Shown one piece after another: positions 38,045 through 50,797 of a stretch of 64,000 bases of DNA. Made by a program: the position numbers and the translations under genes. The notes beneath the pieces are model-generated. The model had not been told where the DNA came from, did no database searches, and saw only the letters and a program-made list of their open reading frames with translations. Positions within the stretch are counted from its first letter, which is position 1. Every line of letters begins with the position of its first letter. Source of the stretch: Alphaproteobacteria bacterium (lineage in GTDB: Bacteria; Pseudomonadota; Alphaproteobacteria; GM7ARS4; G965262615); assembly GCA_965262615.1 (NCBI GenBank), contig OZ253545.1, forward strand, positions 384,001-448,000, in the 5' to 3' direction.

Positions 38045-41000
38045 TCAGGACACAATGGCGGTATCAAAGTATTTTTGCAAGGGCTTGACATCCAAAGAAT
38101 GACTTTTCAGTGCCACAATTGTCTCCATCATGGCGGACGCTCCCGTGATGGTGGTGCAGTAGGGGATGGAACAGGTGAGTGCCATGCGTCTGAGAGTGAG
38201 GCTGTCTTTTTTTGCCTGTTCGCCATCACTGGTATTGATGATCAGTTGAAATTGATTTTTTGCGATATAATCCAAGCTGTTGGGGCTTCCTTCTTTGACT
38301 TTGCGAATGGGGGTGGTCTCAATGTCGTGTTTTTCGAGCCATTGGGCTGTTCCTTTGGTGGCGGCAATGGTAAATCCTGTGTCTTGCAGTTGCTGGGCAA
38401 TGACTTTCGTCATTTCTTTTTTGTCATTATCTCGCACGGAGATCAACACAGTGCCTTTTTCGGGAATGGTCGCGCCCGCCGCCAATTGTGACTTGGCAAA
38501 GGCGTAGGGAAAATGCGAGTCTATTCCCATCACTTCACCAGTAGATTTCATTTCAGGTCCCAGCAATGGGTCGCTGCCCGGAAAGCGATGAAAGGGAAAA
38601 ACTGCTTCCTTGACTGCTACATGTTTCGCTTTATTCCACCATGAGTCATGCAGATTGAATTGAGGCAGTGTTGCCCCCAGCATCAGCTGAGTGGCGATGG
38701 AGACAAGAGGCAGGCGCGATGCTTTGGCAATAAAGGGCACGGTGCGACTGGCTCGAGGATTGGCTTCTATGATGAAAATCTCATCGCCTCTGATGGCATA
38801 CTGCACATTGAGCAAGCCACAGACCTTCAATTCTTGTGCCAGTGCGGTGGTGTGTCGTTCCAGTTGGCTGATTATTTGCGGTGCGAGCGAGCGCGGCGGC
38901 AGCCAACACGCCGAGTCGCCCGAATGAATCCCCGCCTCTTCAATATGCTCCATGATGCCCGCAATATAGACATTGCCCTTGCTGTCCGCGAGGCTGTCCA
39001 CATCCACCTCAATGGCATCGTGCAGGAAGGAATCAATCAGCAAGGGTGATTGTTTGCTGATGGCATCGGCATTGTGAATGTACTGCTCAAGCATTGATTC
39101 ATTATAGACAATCTGCATCGCCCGCCCGCCCAGCACATAGGAAGGGCGCAAAATCACGGGAAAGCCGATGGTGCGCGCATGGCTCACGGCTTCATCGGCG
39201 GAATTGGCGGTGGCATTGCGCGGTTGTTTGAGGTGCAACTGGCTCACCAAACGACTGAAAAGCTGACGATCCTCACTGGTATCAATGGAAGACAGAGGCG
39301 TGCCCAGCAGGGGAATTCCTGCCTCATGAAGCGCGTGACTCAAGCGCAACGGCGTCTGTCCGCCAAATTGGGTGATGACACCCAGAAGGTCGCCACGGCT
39401 TTGTTCCTTGCGAGCGATGGCAATCACATCCTCCGCCGTCAGAGGTTCAAAATACAGGCGATCAGATATGTCATAGTCGGTGGAGACCGTCTCGGGATTG
39501 CAATTGACCATGATGCTACAAATTTCTTTTTCTTTGAGGGCAAAGGCGGCATGCACACAGCAATAGTCAAACTCAATGCCTTGTCCGATGCGATTGGCTC
39601 CACTGCCCACAATCATTACCTTGCGGCATGGGGGCGGGTCAGATTCGCAGCTGGCGGCGGCGTTGTGAGAAAAAGCATGATCATGCCATGTGCTGTACAT
39701 ATAGGCGGTGGTGGAAGGAAACTCACTGCTGCAGCTGTCAATGCGTTTGTAGATGGGACCCTGCAGCTGTGCTTTTTTTTGCTCATCATGCACTGTGGCA
39801 AGAGACTGCTTGGTTAGGTGGGCAATGCGCGCATCGCAAAAACCCATCGCCTTGAGTTGTGACCATTGATGCGCGTTGTGAGGCAGTCCGTCTTTTTGTA
39901 ATTGATGCTCGCGCGCCAAAATTTTTTCCAGCTCATGCAAAAACCAAGAGTCATAGTGGGATTGTTTTTGAATACGCTCAATGCCCAATTTGCGTCTGAG
40001 AGCTTCGGCGATGAGCAGCAACCGTTGCGGATGGGTGATGGCGAGAGCTTTGAGCAACGCCTCATCGTCCATGTCGCGCGCATAGGTGGGACAGTCCAAT
40101 CCTGTGGCTTTGGAATTGATGGCGCGCAAAGCTTTTTGCAGTGATTCGGCAAAGCTGCGTCCGATTGCCATCACCTCGCCCACCGATTTCATGGATGTGC
40201 CCAGCAAGGGGGAGCTTTCGGGAAATTTTTCAAAACTAAAGCGGGGGATTTTCGTGACAATATAATCCAGTGTTGGTTCAAAGGAGGCGGGTGTGACACC
40301 TCCGGTGATGTCATTGGCAATTTCATCCAGATGATATCCCACCGCCAGTTTGGCGGCGACACGAGCAATGGGAAACCCAGTGGCTTTGGATGCCAACGCC
40401 GAGGAACGAGACACACGGGGATTGGCTTCAATCACCAGCAATTGACCGTCCGCAGGATTGACGGCAAATTGAACATTAGAGCCTCCCGTCTCCACACCGA
40501 TTTTGCGTAGCACCGCAATGGAGGCTTCTCGCATGATTTGATATTCCTTATCGGTGAGAGTCAGAGCAGGCGCAACGGTGATGGAGTCTCCCGTGTGAAC
40601 GCCCATGGGATCCACATTTTCAATGGAACAGACGATGATGCAGTTGTCTTTTTTGTCTCGCACCACCTCCATCTCAAATTCTTTCCATCCCACGATGGAT
40701 TGCTCCACGATGACACTGCCCACAGGAGATGCGGCAATGGCGGCTTGGGTTTGGGTTTTGAGTTCATCCTCATTGTGAGCAATGCCGCCGCCATATCCTC
40801 CCAAGGTAAAGGAGGGGCGTAAAATCACAGGAAAGCCGATGGTGCGCGCCACCGCCAGAGAATCCGACACATTGGATACCTCCTCGCCGCGCACGCAACG
40901 CAAACCGATGTCGTGCATTGCTTGGCGAAATTGCTCACGCGATTCGGCTGTTTCAATGGCAGAGCGAGATGCGCCAATCAGTTCCACATCGTATTGGCGC

Positions 41001-41326
41001 AAAATTCCCGTCCCATCCAGCGTCACCGCAAGATTGAGGGCGGTCTGTCCGCCCATGGTGGCAAGCAGCGCATTCGGACGCTCAGACGCTATGATCTTTT
41101 CCAAAAAGTAAGGTGTCAAAGGCTCAATGTATGTGGCATCCGCCAGGTCGGGGTCTGTCATGATTGTGGCGGGATTTGAATTGACCAAAATCACTTTGTA
41201 GCCATCTTCCTTGAGAGCCTTGATGGCTTGCACACCGGAATAATCAAATTCACACGCCTGCCCAATCATGATGGGGCCCGCGCCGATGACCAGAATGCTG
41301 GATAAATCAGAACGGCGAGGCATCAA
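38045..41326 (-). CDS. carB: Carbamoyl-phosphate synthase large subunit
   Basis: [37 protein letters not shown]. Confidence 0.98.
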   Translation of the reverse strand: MMPRRSDLSSILVIGAGPIMIGQACEFDYSGVQAIKALKEDGYKVILVNSNPATIMTDPDLADATYIEPLTPYFLEKIIASERPNALLATMGGQTALNLAVTLDGTGILRQYDVELIGASRSAIETAESREQFRQAMHDIGLRCVRGEEVSNVSDSLAVARTIGFPVILRPSFTLGGYGGGIAHNEDELKTQTQAAIAASPVGSVIVEQSIVGWKEFEMEVVRDKKDNCIIVCSIENVDPMGVHTGDSITVAPALTLTDKEYQIMREASIAVLRKIGVETGGSNVQFAVNPADGQLLVIEANPRVSRSSALASKATGFPIARVAAKLAVGYHLDEIANDITGGVTPASFEPTLDYIVTKIPRFSFEKFPESSPLLGTSMKSVGEVMAIGRSFAESLQKALRAINSKATGLDCPTYARDMDDEALLKALAITHPQRLLLIAEALRRKLGIERIQKQSHYDSWFLHELEKILAREHQLQKDGLPHNAHQWSQLKAMGFCDARIAHLTKQSLATVHDEQKKAQLQGPIYKRIDSCSSEFPSTTAYMYSTWHDHAFSHNAAASCESDPPPCRKVMIVGSGANRIGQGIEFDYCCVHAAFALKEKEICSIMVNCNPETVSTDYDISDRLYFEPLTAEDVIAIARKEQSRGDLLGVITQFGGQTPLRLSHALHEAGIPLLGTPLSSIDTSEDRQLFSRLVSQLHLKQPRNATANSADEAVSHARTIGFPVILRPSYVLGGRAMQIVYNESMLEQYIHNADAISKQSPLLIDSFLHDAIEVDVDSLADSKGNVYIAGIMEHIEEAGIHSGDSACWLPPRSLAPQIISQLERHTTALAQELKVCGLLNVQYAIRGDEIFIIEANPRASRTVPFIAKASRLPLVSIATQLMLGATLPQFNLHDSWWNKAKHVAVKEAVFPFHRFPGSDPLLGPEMKSTGEVMGIDSHFPYAFAKSQLAAGATIPEKGTVLISVRDNDKKEMTKVIAQQLQDTGFTIAATKGTAQWLEKHDIETTPIRKVKEGSPNSLDYIAKNQFQLIINTSDGEQAKKDSLTLRRMALTCSIPYCTTITGASAMMETIVALKSHSLDVKPLQKYFDTAIVS

Positions 41327-42891
41327 TCGCCTTCTCTTTTGAGGGCATCATCAATCAGAGCCACAGTCGCCTCAACGCCGTAGAAGGCGATGAAAGAACC
41401 CAAGCGAGGACCCTCACGCTGTCCCAACAAAACCCGATAGAGCATAGAAAACCAATCCTTACTGCTTTCATAGCCATTCTCTTTGCCACTGGCACGATAG
41501 GTGTCGTAGAGGCAATTTTGAATGGTGACACCATCATGCTGAGTGAGACCATCCAGTGATGTTTTCAAATCTAGCAGACAGTGCATGATGGGTTCATCGG
41601 GAATTTCATATTGTTTTTGCGGGAGAATAAAATCATGATAATAATTCATGGCACATGCCACCAATTGATCCAGCAAAGGATTCATACCTTCGTGAAGACG
41701 AGAATCATATTGTCTGAGAAAATTCCACAAGACCGATTCATGGTGGGCGTTGCAAGCGGATGCCAGATTGAGAATCATGGAGAACGCTGGCAGACCGCTC
41801 GCGTCTGGCAATTCGCCATCATGAATGATGGACAACGGGTTGGCGCGATGAGGTGTGGTTTGATTGCGATAGTTTTTCAATTCGTCCAGCCAAGCGTCTG
41901 TCATGCGCGGGATGACATCAAAATACAGACGCTTTGCTCGGCGCGGGTGTTGATACATGAAGTAGCGTAGTGAATCTGGCGGTGCGTAGCGCAGCCACTT
42001 CTCCATAGAGATTCCATTGCCTTTGGATTTTGAGATTTTTTCGCCATGTTCATCCAGAAAAAGTTCATAGATAAAATGGCACGGCGGCTTTTTATTGAGC
42101 AGGAGGCTGATTTCTGCCGACAGCTGCAAAGAATCGGTGAGATCCTTGCCCGCCATCTCATAATCCACATCCATGGCTGCCCAGCGCATTGCCCAATCGG
42201 CGCGCCATTGCAGCTTGACGCGCCCACCCGTCACAGGCGTGGTGATGTCGCGTCCCTCATGACGGTAAGTGATGGTGGAATCATGGATGTCGGTGGCAAC
42301 AATGGGCACTTCCAGCACGCGTCCTGTGGTGGGGCAGATGGGAAGAAAGGGACTGTAGTCATCGCGCCTCTCTTTTCCCAGAACGGGACGCACAATCTCG
42401 CACACCGCATCATGATGGAACAGAATCTTCTGTAACATTTTGTCATAGGCACCGCTTTGGTAGAGCTGCGTTGCCGATTGAAAATCATAAGAAAAACCAA
42501 ATTGATTGAGAAATTCCTGCAGCAAAGCATTGTTGTGAGCGGCGTAGCTCTCATGTGTGCCAAAGGGGTCGGGAATGGCACTCAGTGGCTTGCCCAAATT
42601 CTTCTCCAGCATGGCTGGCTGAGGAATGTGATCGGGAACGGAACGCAGACCATCCATGTCATCAGAAAAGACATATAAGTGAGTGGTGGCATTGGTCATT
42701 TTGCTGAAGGCTTTGCGTACCATTGCCGTGCGCGCCACCTCGCCAAATGTGCCAATGTGAGGCAGTCCTGAAGGGCCATAGCCAGTGGCAAACAACACAT
42801 AGCCCTTGTTGGGAATTTTTTCTTCTAAGTGATGCCAGAGTTTCTGTGCTTCCTTTCTGGGCCAAGTAGGGGCATTTGAGGGCTGTGACAT
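41323..42891 (-). CDS. lysS: Class I lysyl-tRNA synthetase
   Basis: [30 protein letters not shown]. Confidence 0.95.
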   Translation of the reverse strand: MSQPSNAPTWPRKEAQKLWHHLEEKIPNKGYVLFATGYGPSGLPHIGTFGEVARTAMVRKAFSKMTNATTHLYVFSDDMDGLRSVPDHIPQPAMLEKNLGKPLSAIPDPFGTHESYAAHNNALLQEFLNQFGFSYDFQSATQLYQSGAYDKMLQKILFHHDAVCEIVRPVLGKERRDDYSPFLPICPTTGRVLEVPIVATDIHDSTITYRHEGRDITTPVTGGRVKLQWRADWAMRWAAMDVDYEMAGKDLTDSLQLSAEISLLLNKKPPCHFIYELFLDEHGEKISKSKGNGISMEKWLRYAPPDSLRYFMYQHPRRAKRLYFDVIPRMTDAWLDELKNYRNQTTPHRANPLSIIHDGELPDASGLPAFSMILNLASACNAHHESVLWNFLRQYDSRLHEGMNPLLDQLVACAMNYYHDFILPQKQYEIPDEPIMHCLLDLKTSLDGLTQHDGVTIQNCLYDTYRASGKENGYESSKDWFSMLYRVLLGQREGPRLGSFIAFYGVEATVALIDDALKREGD

Positions 42892-42964
42892 GGGGTGGTC
42901 GTGATGTTGCGTGTTGGTGATGAATATTTTATAACCTACCTATCACGCAACAGGTTCATCGGCA

Positions 42965-43291
42965 ATGACGAAACAGCAACAAGAACGACAAACGGCGCAA
43001 GTGATTACCGCTAATCGCTTGCTGGATGGTGAGGTGGTCTATAAGGCAAAGGGCGAGCGATGGGTGACGCGCGTCTCGCAAGCTCAGCTGCTCAATGACG
43101 ACACACAATGTGAAAATGCTCTGCAATGGGCGGCACAGCAAGAAGAGCAGTGCGTCATCACGGGAGCTTATGTGATTGATGTTTTTTGCGACAAGGACAT
43201 TGTGCCGGTCTCGCTGCGAGAGACCATTCGCTCGCAAGGTCCCACTTCTGAGAAATGGGTTGGCAAGCAAAGTGCAGAGGCGAGGCAATAA
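42965..43291 (+). CDS. DUF2849-like sulfite reductase-associated protein
   Basis: TANRLLDGEVVY, LRETIRSQGPT; directly upstream of sulfite reductase. Confidence 0.8.
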   Translation: MTKQQQERQTAQVITANRLLDGEVVYKAKGERWVTRVSQAQLLNDDTQCENALQWAAQQEEQCVITGAYVIDVFCDKDIVPVSLRETIRSQGPTSEKWVGKQSAEARQ

Positions 43292-44952
43292 TGTATCAGT
43301 ACGACACCTATGACCATGAAGCGGTGCAAGAGCGCGTCGCGCAGTTTCGCAAACAGGTGGCGCGCCGTCTGAACGGCGAGCTCACTGAGGATGAATTCAA
43401 GCCCTTGCGGCTCATGAATGGACTCTATCTGCAGCTGCACGCCTATATGTTGCGGATTGCCATTCCTTATGGAACGCTGTCATCAGACCAGATGCGCCTG
43501 CTGGCACATATCGCCCGCACCTACGACAAGGGATATGGACACTTCACCACGCGCCAGAACATTCAATTTCACTGGATTAAATTAGAAGAAACTCCAGACT
43601 TATTGGAGGAATTGGCACACGGCGAAATGCATGCCATTCAGACATCGGGCAATTGCGTCCGCAATGTCACGGCGGATCACTTTGCGGGGGCGGCACACGA
43701 TGAAGCCGATGACCCACGCATTTATGCTGAATTATTGCGTCAATGGTCTAGTTTTCATCCGGAGTTTTCCTATTTGCCGCGCAAATTCAAAATTGCCATA
43801 TCGGGCTCGCCGATTGATCGCGCGGCGATCAGTGTGCATGACATCGGCATTCGTCTTTTCCGAGATGAGAACAATCAGCTGCGCATGACTGTCACCGCTG
43901 GCGGCGGTCTGGGCAGAACTCCCTATCTGGGGTCTGTCATGCATGAGGCATTGGAGACGCAGCACCTGTTGTCCTTCATTGAGGCGATTGTGCGCGTGTA
44001 TAATGAATTGGGCAGGCGTGATAATTTGTATAAGGCGCGCATTAAAATTTTGGTGCAGTCGCTTGGCGGCGAGGTGATGCGCGCCAAGGTTCATGAGGAG
44101 TGGCATAAAATCAAAGATGGCGCGTTGGCTGTGCCGCCAGATGAAATTGAACGGATGCGTCAATTTTTTGCGCCGCCGTCATGGCAGCCATGTGACGCAT
44201 CCGCCGATGATGCCCTTGTGCAAGCACAGTGTCATGACAATGCTGATTTTGCTGCGTGGGTGAATCATAATGTGAGTTCTCATAAAATCGCGGGGTATTC
44301 TATTGTCACCATTGCCCTCAAAGGAAGAGGCGAGACCCCTGGAGATGCCTCCGCCGAACAGATGGAGGTGATGGCGAATGCCGCCGATGCCTATTCGTTT
44401 GGTGAATTGCGTATTTCCCATGAGCAAAATGTCATTGTGCCTCATGTGCGAAAGCAGGATTTGTATCCTCTGTGGCAGCAATTGACAAAGGCGCGTTTGG
44501 CTCATGCCAATGGAGGGTTATTGTCGGACATCATTTGTTGTCCGGGCATGGATTACTGTGCCTTGGCAACGGCTCGTTCTATTCCTGTGGCGCGCCGCAT
44601 TGGCGATCGCTTCAAAGATTTGAGCAGGCAGCATGATATTGGTGATTTGCGCATCAAAATATCGGGATGCATCAATGCGTGTGGTCATCATCATGTGGGT
44701 CATATTGGCATTTTGGGTGTGGATCGGCGCGGTGAGGAGTATTATCAGATTACGCTGGGGGGGCATGCGGGATCAGACGCTTCCATTGGTGAGATTATCG
44801 GTCCCGCCTTTTCCAGCGATGCGGTGGTGGACGCGGTGGAGACCATTGTGAATACTTATTTGCGTGTGCGGCGTTCCGATGAGTCTTTTTTGCACACATG
44901 GCGGCGTGTGGGCAAACAGCCCTTTAAGGAGAGTCTCTATGCGGCTTCTTGA
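43291..44952 (+). CDS. cysI: Sulfite/nitrite reductase hemoprotein
   Basis: HFTTRQNIQ, TSGNCVRN, LPRKFKI, CPGMDYC, SGCINACG. Confidence 0.9.
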   Translation: MYQYDTYDHEAVQERVAQFRKQVARRLNGELTEDEFKPLRLMNGLYLQLHAYMLRIAIPYGTLSSDQMRLLAHIARTYDKGYGHFTTRQNIQFHWIKLEETPDLLEELAHGEMHAIQTSGNCVRNVTADHFAGAAHDEADDPRIYAELLRQWSSFHPEFSYLPRKFKIAISGSPIDRAAISVHDIGIRLFRDENNQLRMTVTAGGGLGRTPYLGSVMHEALETQHLLSFIEAIVRVYNELGRRDNLYKARIKILVQSLGGEVMRAKVHEEWHKIKDGALAVPPDEIERMRQFFAPPSWQPCDASADDALVQAQCHDNADFAAWVNHNVSSHKIAGYSIVTIALKGRGETPGDASAEQMEVMANAADAYSFGELRISHEQNVIVPHVRKQDLYPLWQQLTKARLAHANGGLLSDIICCPGMDYCALATARSIPVARRIGDRFKDLSRQHDIGDLRIKISGCINACGHHHVGHIGILGVDRRGEEYYQITLGGHAGSDASIGEIIGPAFSSDAVVDAVETIVNTYLRVRRSDESFLHTWRRVGKQPFKESLYAAS

Positions 44953-45532
44953 GGATGGACGCATCACGACCGACCGATGGCTGTTCCTTGACGATGAACA
45001 AGAACTGCCCTCTCACCCCGCCATTGTTGTTTCTCTGGCTCGCTGGCAGCAGCAGGCTGATATGTTGCGGCAGTATCAGGGCGAGTTGGCGGTGTGTCTT
45101 GATTGTGCTCAAGGGGAGTCGCCTCGTTCCATTGTTGAGGATTTGCATTGTTTTGCCATGGTGGTGTTGCACATTAAAATTTTCAAAGATGGACGCGCCT
45201 TTTCTGCTGCGCGGCTGCTCAGAGAACGCTATCGCTACCAAAAAGCCATACGATTGCGAGGGGAAGTTTTGCCCGACCAATGGCTGTTTTATCATCGGTG
45301 TGGCGTTAATGTTTTTGAGTGGAATGACCAGTGGCGAGAGGCGGACTGGCGAGATGCTCTTGCGGAATTTTCTCATTCATACCAACCCGCCGCCGATGGC
45401 GCGGCATCCATCATGAGCTTGCGTCAAAGGCGTGCGAGCCAAGCTACCCGTCAAGATTCACTTGCCGCATCCCTTAAGAAAAACATCAGCCGCCGCAAAC
45501 AATGGCAGCAACAAAAAAGAGAAGCTCCATGA
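44939..45532 (+). CDS. DUF934-like protein
   Basis: [27 protein letters not shown]; follows cysI. Confidence 0.82.
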   Translation: MRLLEDGRITTDRWLFLDDEQELPSHPAIVVSLARWQQQADMLRQYQGELAVCLDCAQGESPRSIVEDLHCFAMVVLHIKIFKDGRAFSAARLLRERYRYQKAIRLRGEVLPDQWLFYHRCGVNVFEWNDQWREADWRDALAEFSHSYQPAADGAASIMSLRQRRASQATRQDSLAASLKKNISRRKQWQQQKREAP

Positions 45533-46083
45533 GCGTCATGCCCGACCACTGGATTCGCTCCATGGCACAATCGCAAAAAATGATTGAGCCTTTTGCCGAA
45601 ACTCTCAAAAAGGATGGTGTCATCTCCTACGGGGTGTCTTCATACGGGTATGATGTGCGGGTGGCGGATGAATTTCTCATTTTCACCAATATCAACAGTG
45701 TGCAGGTTGACCCCAAAGAATTTTCGGAAGATTCGTTTGTGCGTCATCAGGGGGATGTGTGTATCATTCCTCCCAATAGTTTTGTGTTGGCGCGCTCTTT
45801 TGAGTATTTTCGTGTTCCGCGAGATATATTGGTTTTGTGTTTAGGAAAATCCACCTATGCTCGCTGTGGGGTGATTGTCAATGTGACGCCTTTGGAGCCT
45901 GAATGGGAGGGTCATGTGACATTGGAGTTTTCCAACACCACGCCGTTGCCGGTGCGGATTTATGCCAATGAGGGGGTGGCGCAGTTTATTTTTCTCAAAG
46001 CGGAGAGTGATTGTGAGACATCCTATAAAGATCGCAGTGGGAAATACATGAAACAGCAAGGCATCACACTGCCGAAATTATGA
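45529..46083 (+). CDS. dcd: dCTP deaminase
   Basis: [33 protein letters not shown]. Confidence 0.97.
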   Translation: MSVMPDHWIRSMAQSQKMIEPFAETLKKDGVISYGVSSYGYDVRVADEFLIFTNINSVQVDPKEFSEDSFVRHQGDVCIIPPNSFVLARSFEYFRVPRDILVLCLGKSTYARCGVIVNVTPLEPEWEGHVTLEFSNTTPLPVRIYANEGVAQFIFLKAESDCETSYKDRSGKYMKQQGITLPKL

Positions 46084-46084
46084 C

Positions 46085-47251
46085 ATGGATGTTGCCCGTC
46101 TTGCTCACCAATTAATCTGCGTTCCCACCATCACACCGGATGATGGCTCGGGCGTTGCGATGATTGCATCACTGTTGCAGCCACTGGGTTTTGAGTGTGA
46201 GATTGTCTCGTTTGGTGATGGTGATTCTTCCATCCCTAATTTGTTTGCGTGTTATCCGTCTCGCGAGGCACTGCGTCATCGTCATTTTGCCTTTGCGGGT
46301 CATAGCGATGTTGTGCCTGCGGGGGAATTGTCGGCGTGGCGGCATCCGCCTTTTGACGGCGTGATTGAAGACGGCGTGTTGCACGGGCGTGGAGCGGTGG
46401 ATATGAAGGGCGGCATCGCTTGTTTTATTGCGGCGGCGGCGCAGTGGCGTGAAGAAATCAAAGAGGGCGGCATCAGCGTGTTGATCACGGGAGACGAAGA
46501 AGGAGACGCGGAGTTTGGCACAAAGGCACTCATGGAATGGCTGCAACAAAAAGACTTATTGCCGGATGTGTGTTTGATTGGTGAGCCCAGTTCAGCCACG
46601 CGAGTGGGAGATCAAATCAGAGTGGGACGCAGAGGCAGCGTACGCTGTCAGTGCATCATTACGGGAACACAGGGTCATAGTGCCTATCCTCATTTAGCAA
46701 AAAACCCGTTGCACTGTGCGGCGGATATGATGGGGCGGTTTTGCCGTCATGACTGGGATGCTAATATCAAGGAAATCATTGGCGATGCGCCCACCATCGT
46801 CACTTTCACCCACTGTCGAGCGGAGGGTGAGGCGAGCAATGTGACACCGTTATCGGCACAGGTGCGATTTAATGTGCGCCATCATCCCGCCCATGATGTG
46901 AATCGGCTCATCACCGCTATGGAGCGATTGCTGGATGAATTGTGTGGCGATGGCTTCACCTACGAACTGACTCATGAGCGGGCATCGGCGGCTTTTGTGT
47001 CTGACAACAAAGCTTGGCATCGCCGTATCGTGAGCATCATTGAGCGGCGCATTGGCATAAGGGCTCAAGAGACAATGGGCGGTGGCACATCCGATGGACG
47101 CTTCATCAGCAAATATTGTCCTGTGGTGGAACTGGGACTCGTCGGCACAACCATGCACAGCACTGAGGAATGCACATCCATCGTGAATTTATCAATTTTA
47201 GTGCAATTATATTACGACATTCTCGCTGATTTTTTCACAAAGAAACAATGA
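46085..47251 (+). CDS. dapE: Succinyl-diaminopimelate desuccinylase
   Basis: FAGHSDVVP, GRGAVDMKG, TGDEE, GRRGS, QGHSAYP, GGTSDGRF. Confidence 0.93.
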   Translation: MDVARLAHQLICVPTITPDDGSGVAMIASLLQPLGFECEIVSFGDGDSSIPNLFACYPSREALRHRHFAFAGHSDVVPAGELSAWRHPPFDGVIEDGVLHGRGAVDMKGGIACFIAAAAQWREEIKEGGISVLITGDEEGDAEFGTKALMEWLQQKDLLPDVCLIGEPSSATRVGDQIRVGRRGSVRCQCIITGTQGHSAYPHLAKNPLHCAADMMGRFCRHDWDANIKEIIGDAPTIVTFTHCRAEGEASNVTPLSAQVRFNVRHHPAHDVNRLITAMERLLDELCGDGFTYELTHERASAAFVSDNKAWHRRIVSIIERRIGIRAQETMGGGTSDGRFISKYCPVVELGLVGTTMHSTEECTSIVNLSILVQLYYDILADFFTKKQ

Positions 47252-47898
47252 AGGATTTTTATCAGCAATCGGTCGTGAAGCCATTGATGGCATCATTGAC
47301 TCTGCTGCACACGGGCACAGTGAGGAAAGAAGATTTTGGCGCGTCACGGGTGTTATGTGGACGCAGTTTTTTGTTGTTGTTGCCATTGGTGGTGCTGATT
47401 CATTTTTTGTTTTTTGTGGGTTCATATGGATGTCCTCGTGGTTGCGTCATCATGAATGATGACTTGTTTCACGAATCGCTCCTGCTTCGGTTGACTCATT
47501 GGTTATTGTTCATGATGGTGGTGCTGATTTATGGTGTGCGGTATTGGCGATTGTCGGAGTCGGTTATTTTTTCTTATGTGATTGCTCACAATTGGGCGAT
47601 ATTTTTGGCTGAATTGTTGGTTGTGAGTTTAAGCATTGTGATCAACAGTATCAGTGATCGCTGGATGCCCATTGTGGATTCTCCTTTTTACTTTTTATTG
47701 ACGGGCGTTCCGTTGATGGCATTTTTCATGGTGTATCAGTGGGAGGTGGCTCGCCGTGTTTTGGGGGTCTCGGCGTTGGCATCGGCGGCGGTGGTCTTTG
47801 TGGATATTGTGCTGATGAGTTGGGTGGATGCCTTTTCCTTTCCCCTTGCTTTGATGAGCAGTTTTGTGGCGGGATTTTTAACCTTTCTGATTGTGTGA
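47248..47898 (+). CDS. Hypothetical multi-pass membrane protein
   Basis: Several hydrophobic segments; ATGA overlap with dapE. Confidence 0.6.
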   Translation: MKDFYQQSVVKPLMASLTLLHTGTVRKEDFGASRVLCGRSFLLLLPLVVLIHFLFFVGSYGCPRGCVIMNDDLFHESLLLRLTHWLLFMMVVLIYGVRYWRLSESVIFSYVIAHNWAIFLAELLVVSLSIVINSISDRWMPIVDSPFYFLLTGVPLMAFFMVYQWEVARRVLGVSALASAAVVFVDIVLMSWVDAFSFPLALMSSFVAGFLTFLIV

Positions 47899-48630
47899 GT
47901 ATTGAATGGCAGTAAGACACAGTCCTTGAGGGGGTGCGGTTTGTCCTGCTGCGCGGCGATTTTTTTGCGCGAGAATATGAGGCATGGCATCGGCAGGGAG
48001 GTGACCGCGTCCAATATCAATCAATGTTCCCACCATGATGCGCACCTGCCGATATAAAAAAGAGCGCGCCGCGGCATGAATGATGAGACGCGAGCCCTGT
48101 TGATTGACCGTGAGCTCATCAAGAGTGCGAAGCGGTGATGAGGCTTGACAGCCTGTGGCGCGAAAGGAGCTAAAATCATGATGTCCAATGAGTGTGGTGG
48201 CGGCGTTTTGCATGAGGGACATTTGCAATGGAAACGGGACATGCCATAGATAGGCGGCAAGGCGCGCGGGGCGCGCGCGCCGATTGAGGATGGTGTATTC
48301 ATAGTGACGCATGGCGGCATGACGGCGGGCATCAAAAAGGTCACTCACCTGTTCGGCTTTGAGAATGCTCACATCCGAATTGAGATGGGCATTGAGCGCG
48401 AGAGGCAGCTGTCTTTCTTTGTGGGTGCGTGATGAATCAAAATGGGCGACTTGTCCTGAGGCATGAACGCCGCGATCGGTGCGCCCACTGCCGTGAAGGG
48501 TGATGGTTTCTTGTCCGTAGGCGGCAAAGGCTTCTTCTATGACCTGTTGCACCGAACGCTGTCCTGTCTGTCGCTGCCAACCACAAAAATGCGTTCCGTC
48601 ATATTCTATGGTGAGCTTATAGCGTGGCAT
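47878..48630 (-). CDS. truA: tRNA pseudouridine synthase A
   Basis: IEYDGT..GWQRQ, GRTDRGVHA, HDFSSFR, FLYRQVR. Confidence 0.96.
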   Translation of the reverse strand: MPRYKLTIEYDGTHFCGWQRQTGQRSVQQVIEEAFAAYGQETITLHGSGRTDRGVHASGQVAHFDSSRTHKERQLPLALNAHLNSDVSILKAEQVSDLFDARRHAAMRHYEYTILNRRARPARLAAYLWHVPFPLQMSLMQNAATTLIGHHDFSSFRATGCQASSPLRTLDELTVNQQGSRLIIHAAARSFLYRQVRIMVGTLIDIGRGHLPADAMPHILAQKNRRAAGQTAPPQGLCLTAIQYSHNQKG

Positions 48631-49564
48631 GACATTGTGTGTGTCGCCATCCGCGCATCAATTCGGCAAATTCCATGGTGCGTCCGCCTGCTTTTTTCAC
48701 CAGCAGGGGTGTGATGATGCCGTCTTGACAGACGAAATAGTGCTGGCTGATGTTGAGCTGTCCGATAGTTTCGGAGGGATTACATTGCTTGCCGACGGCT
48801 TTGAGAATGTGAACGCGAGTGGTGTGGTTGTTTTCACTGATGATATCGCACCATGCTCCTTGCGATGAGGCAAAGGCACGAATTTGCCCCAAGATACGCG
48901 CCACTGAGTGAGTGAAAGTGATGTGACGATCCTCCACGGTGAGACGGGGGGCGTAGCAGGCGTGGGTGTCATCTTGGGGCGTGGGTTCAGGGGTTTGATG
49001 GCGAGCCAGCAAAGTCAGATAATCGTGCGTTAATTGCTGTGCCAGCAAGGCAAGCTGGTGGGTGAGGTGCTGTGCATTCCATTGGCGGTCAATGGGAAGT
49101 TCTTTTTGCAGCAGGATGTCCCCTTGATCCAATTGTTTTGTCATTGCCATGAGGGTCACGCCTGTGGTGGCATCATCATGAATGAGGGCGTGTTCAATGG
49201 GAGATGCCCCTCGCCAGCGTGGCAACAATGAGGCGTGCAGATTGACGGCTGCAAAACGCGGCAAAGTAAGAATATTGGCAGGCAGCAGCAATCCGTATGC
49301 CGCCGTCACGATGACATCGGGCTGTGTGGCGCGCAAACTATGAATTGCCTCTTCATCCATGCGGTGCGGGGTGAGGCAGGACAGGTCATGCTGCTGTGCC
49401 CACTGATGCACGGGACTTTTCGTGAGGATGCTCCTGCGTCCCACTTTGGCGGGGGCGCGCGTCACCACTCCCACAACACGATGACCACTCGCCACAACCG
49501 CCTGCAAAGACGGAATGGCAAATGACGGCGTTCCCATAAACAAAATGCGTAATTTTTTGTCCAT
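48617..49564 (-). CDS. fmt: Methionyl-tRNA formyltransferase
   Basis: FMGTPSFA, AYGLLLP, NLHASLLPRWRGASPI. Confidence 0.95.
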   Translation of the reverse strand: MDKKLRILFMGTPSFAIPSLQAVVASGHRVVGVVTRAPAKVGRRSILTKSPVHQWAQQHDLSCLTPHRMDEEAIHSLRATQPDVIVTAAYGLLLPANILTLPRFAAVNLHASLLPRWRGASPIEHALIHDDATTGVTLMAMTKQLDQGDILLQKELPIDRQWNAQHLTHQLALLAQQLTHDYLTLLARHQTPEPTPQDDTHACYAPRLTVEDRHITFTHSVARILGQIRAFASSQGAWCDIISENNHTTRVHILKAVGKQCNPSETIGQLNISQHYFVCQDGIITPLLVKKAGGRTMEFAELMRGWRHTQCHATL

Positions 49565-49595
49565 ATTCCTTTTTTGTTTATGCTATCAAGCAGCT

Positions 49596-50783
49596 ATGAT
49601 TCAAGATGTGCGAAAGATTGATATTGCGGGAACGCGCGTGGTCATGCGGGTGGATTTGAATCTGTCGCGTGATGATGAGGGAAGGCTCATTGAGGGAAAT
49701 CGTCTGTGGCGACTGATTCCTCACCTGCGGCACATGGTGACTGGCGGGGCACAGGTGGTGCTTTTGTCTCATTTGGGTCGTCCTCAAGGGCACACGAATG
49801 AACGAGATTCTTTGCGCGGCGTTGCGGCGATGGTGCAGCGTCATGTGCCTGATGAACAGGTTCATTTTGTGGATGATTGTCTCAGCCAAGACATTGCGCG
49901 TCTGCTTCAAGACGGCGCACGCATCATTTTAGCGGAAAATGTGCGTTTTCATAAAGAGGAAGAAGCCAACGATGATGGCTTTGCTCAAAGATTGGCATCA
50001 TGGGGCGATATTTATGTGAATGATGCCTTTTCCTGCTGTCATCGTTCCCATGCGTCATGTGTGGCGATCACGCGTCACCTGCCGTCCTATGGCGGCGGCT
50101 TGCTGATGGAAGAGTATGAGACACTGCGAACAATCTTGTATGATGCCCCCAGACCCAGTGGCGCACTGATTGGTGGCGCAAAGATTGGCTCTAAGATTGC
50201 GGTGCTTGAGACGCTGGTGCAACGCTTTGATGTGGTGGTTGTGGGGGGGGCGATGGCGCATAATTTTTTGGTGGCGCGCGGGCATGATGTGGGTCGGTCA
50301 TTTTTTGAGCCGTCTCATGTGGAGACGGCGATGGCACTGGAAGAGATGGCGCGTCAGCATGAGGCATCCTTGCTGTTTCCTCTGGATGGCGTGGTGGGAC
50401 GCTCTTTGCATGATGCTGCGCCGCGCAATTTTTCTGTGGATGCCATTCCGTCATGGGGGGTGATGGGGGATGTGGGAACGGGGACGGTGGCGGCGGTGAT
50501 ACGGGCGTTGCCCACGATGAAATCACTGATTTGGAACGGTCCCTTGGGGGCGTTTGAACATGAGGCGTTTTCTCACGGCACACGCCACATCGGCAATGAG
50601 GTGGCACGGCTGACGCAGCACGAGGGCTTGCTCAGTGTGATTGGTGGGGGCGATACACTTTCAGCCTTGTCTCAGAGGTCGCTTGCTGACAAAATGAGCT
50701 ATGCGTCTTTGTCGGGCGGTGCGTTTTTGTCGTGGGTGGCGGGGGAGTCGCTCGCGGGATTGGAAGCCTTGCAGACGCAATAA
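49596..50783 (+). CDS. pgk: Phosphoglycerate kinase
   Basis: RVDLN, SHLGRP, ENVRF, VNDAF, WNGPLG, GGGDT. Confidence 0.95.
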   Translation: MIQDVRKIDIAGTRVVMRVDLNLSRDDEGRLIEGNRLWRLIPHLRHMVTGGAQVVLLSHLGRPQGHTNERDSLRGVAAMVQRHVPDEQVHFVDDCLSQDIARLLQDGARIILAENVRFHKEEEANDDGFAQRLASWGDIYVNDAFSCCHRSHASCVAITRHLPSYGGGLLMEEYETLRTILYDAPRPSGALIGGAKIGSKIAVLETLVQRFDVVVVGGAMAHNFLVARGHDVGRSFFEPSHVETAMALEEMARQHEASLLFPLDGVVGRSLHDAAPRNFSVDAIPSWGVMGDVGTGTVAAVIRALPTMKSLIWNGPLGAFEHEAFSHGTRHIGNEVARLTQHEGLLSVIGGGDTLSALSQRSLADKMSYASLSGGAFLSWVAGESLAGLEALQTQ

Positions 50784-50797
50784 GAGAGGGAGAAATC

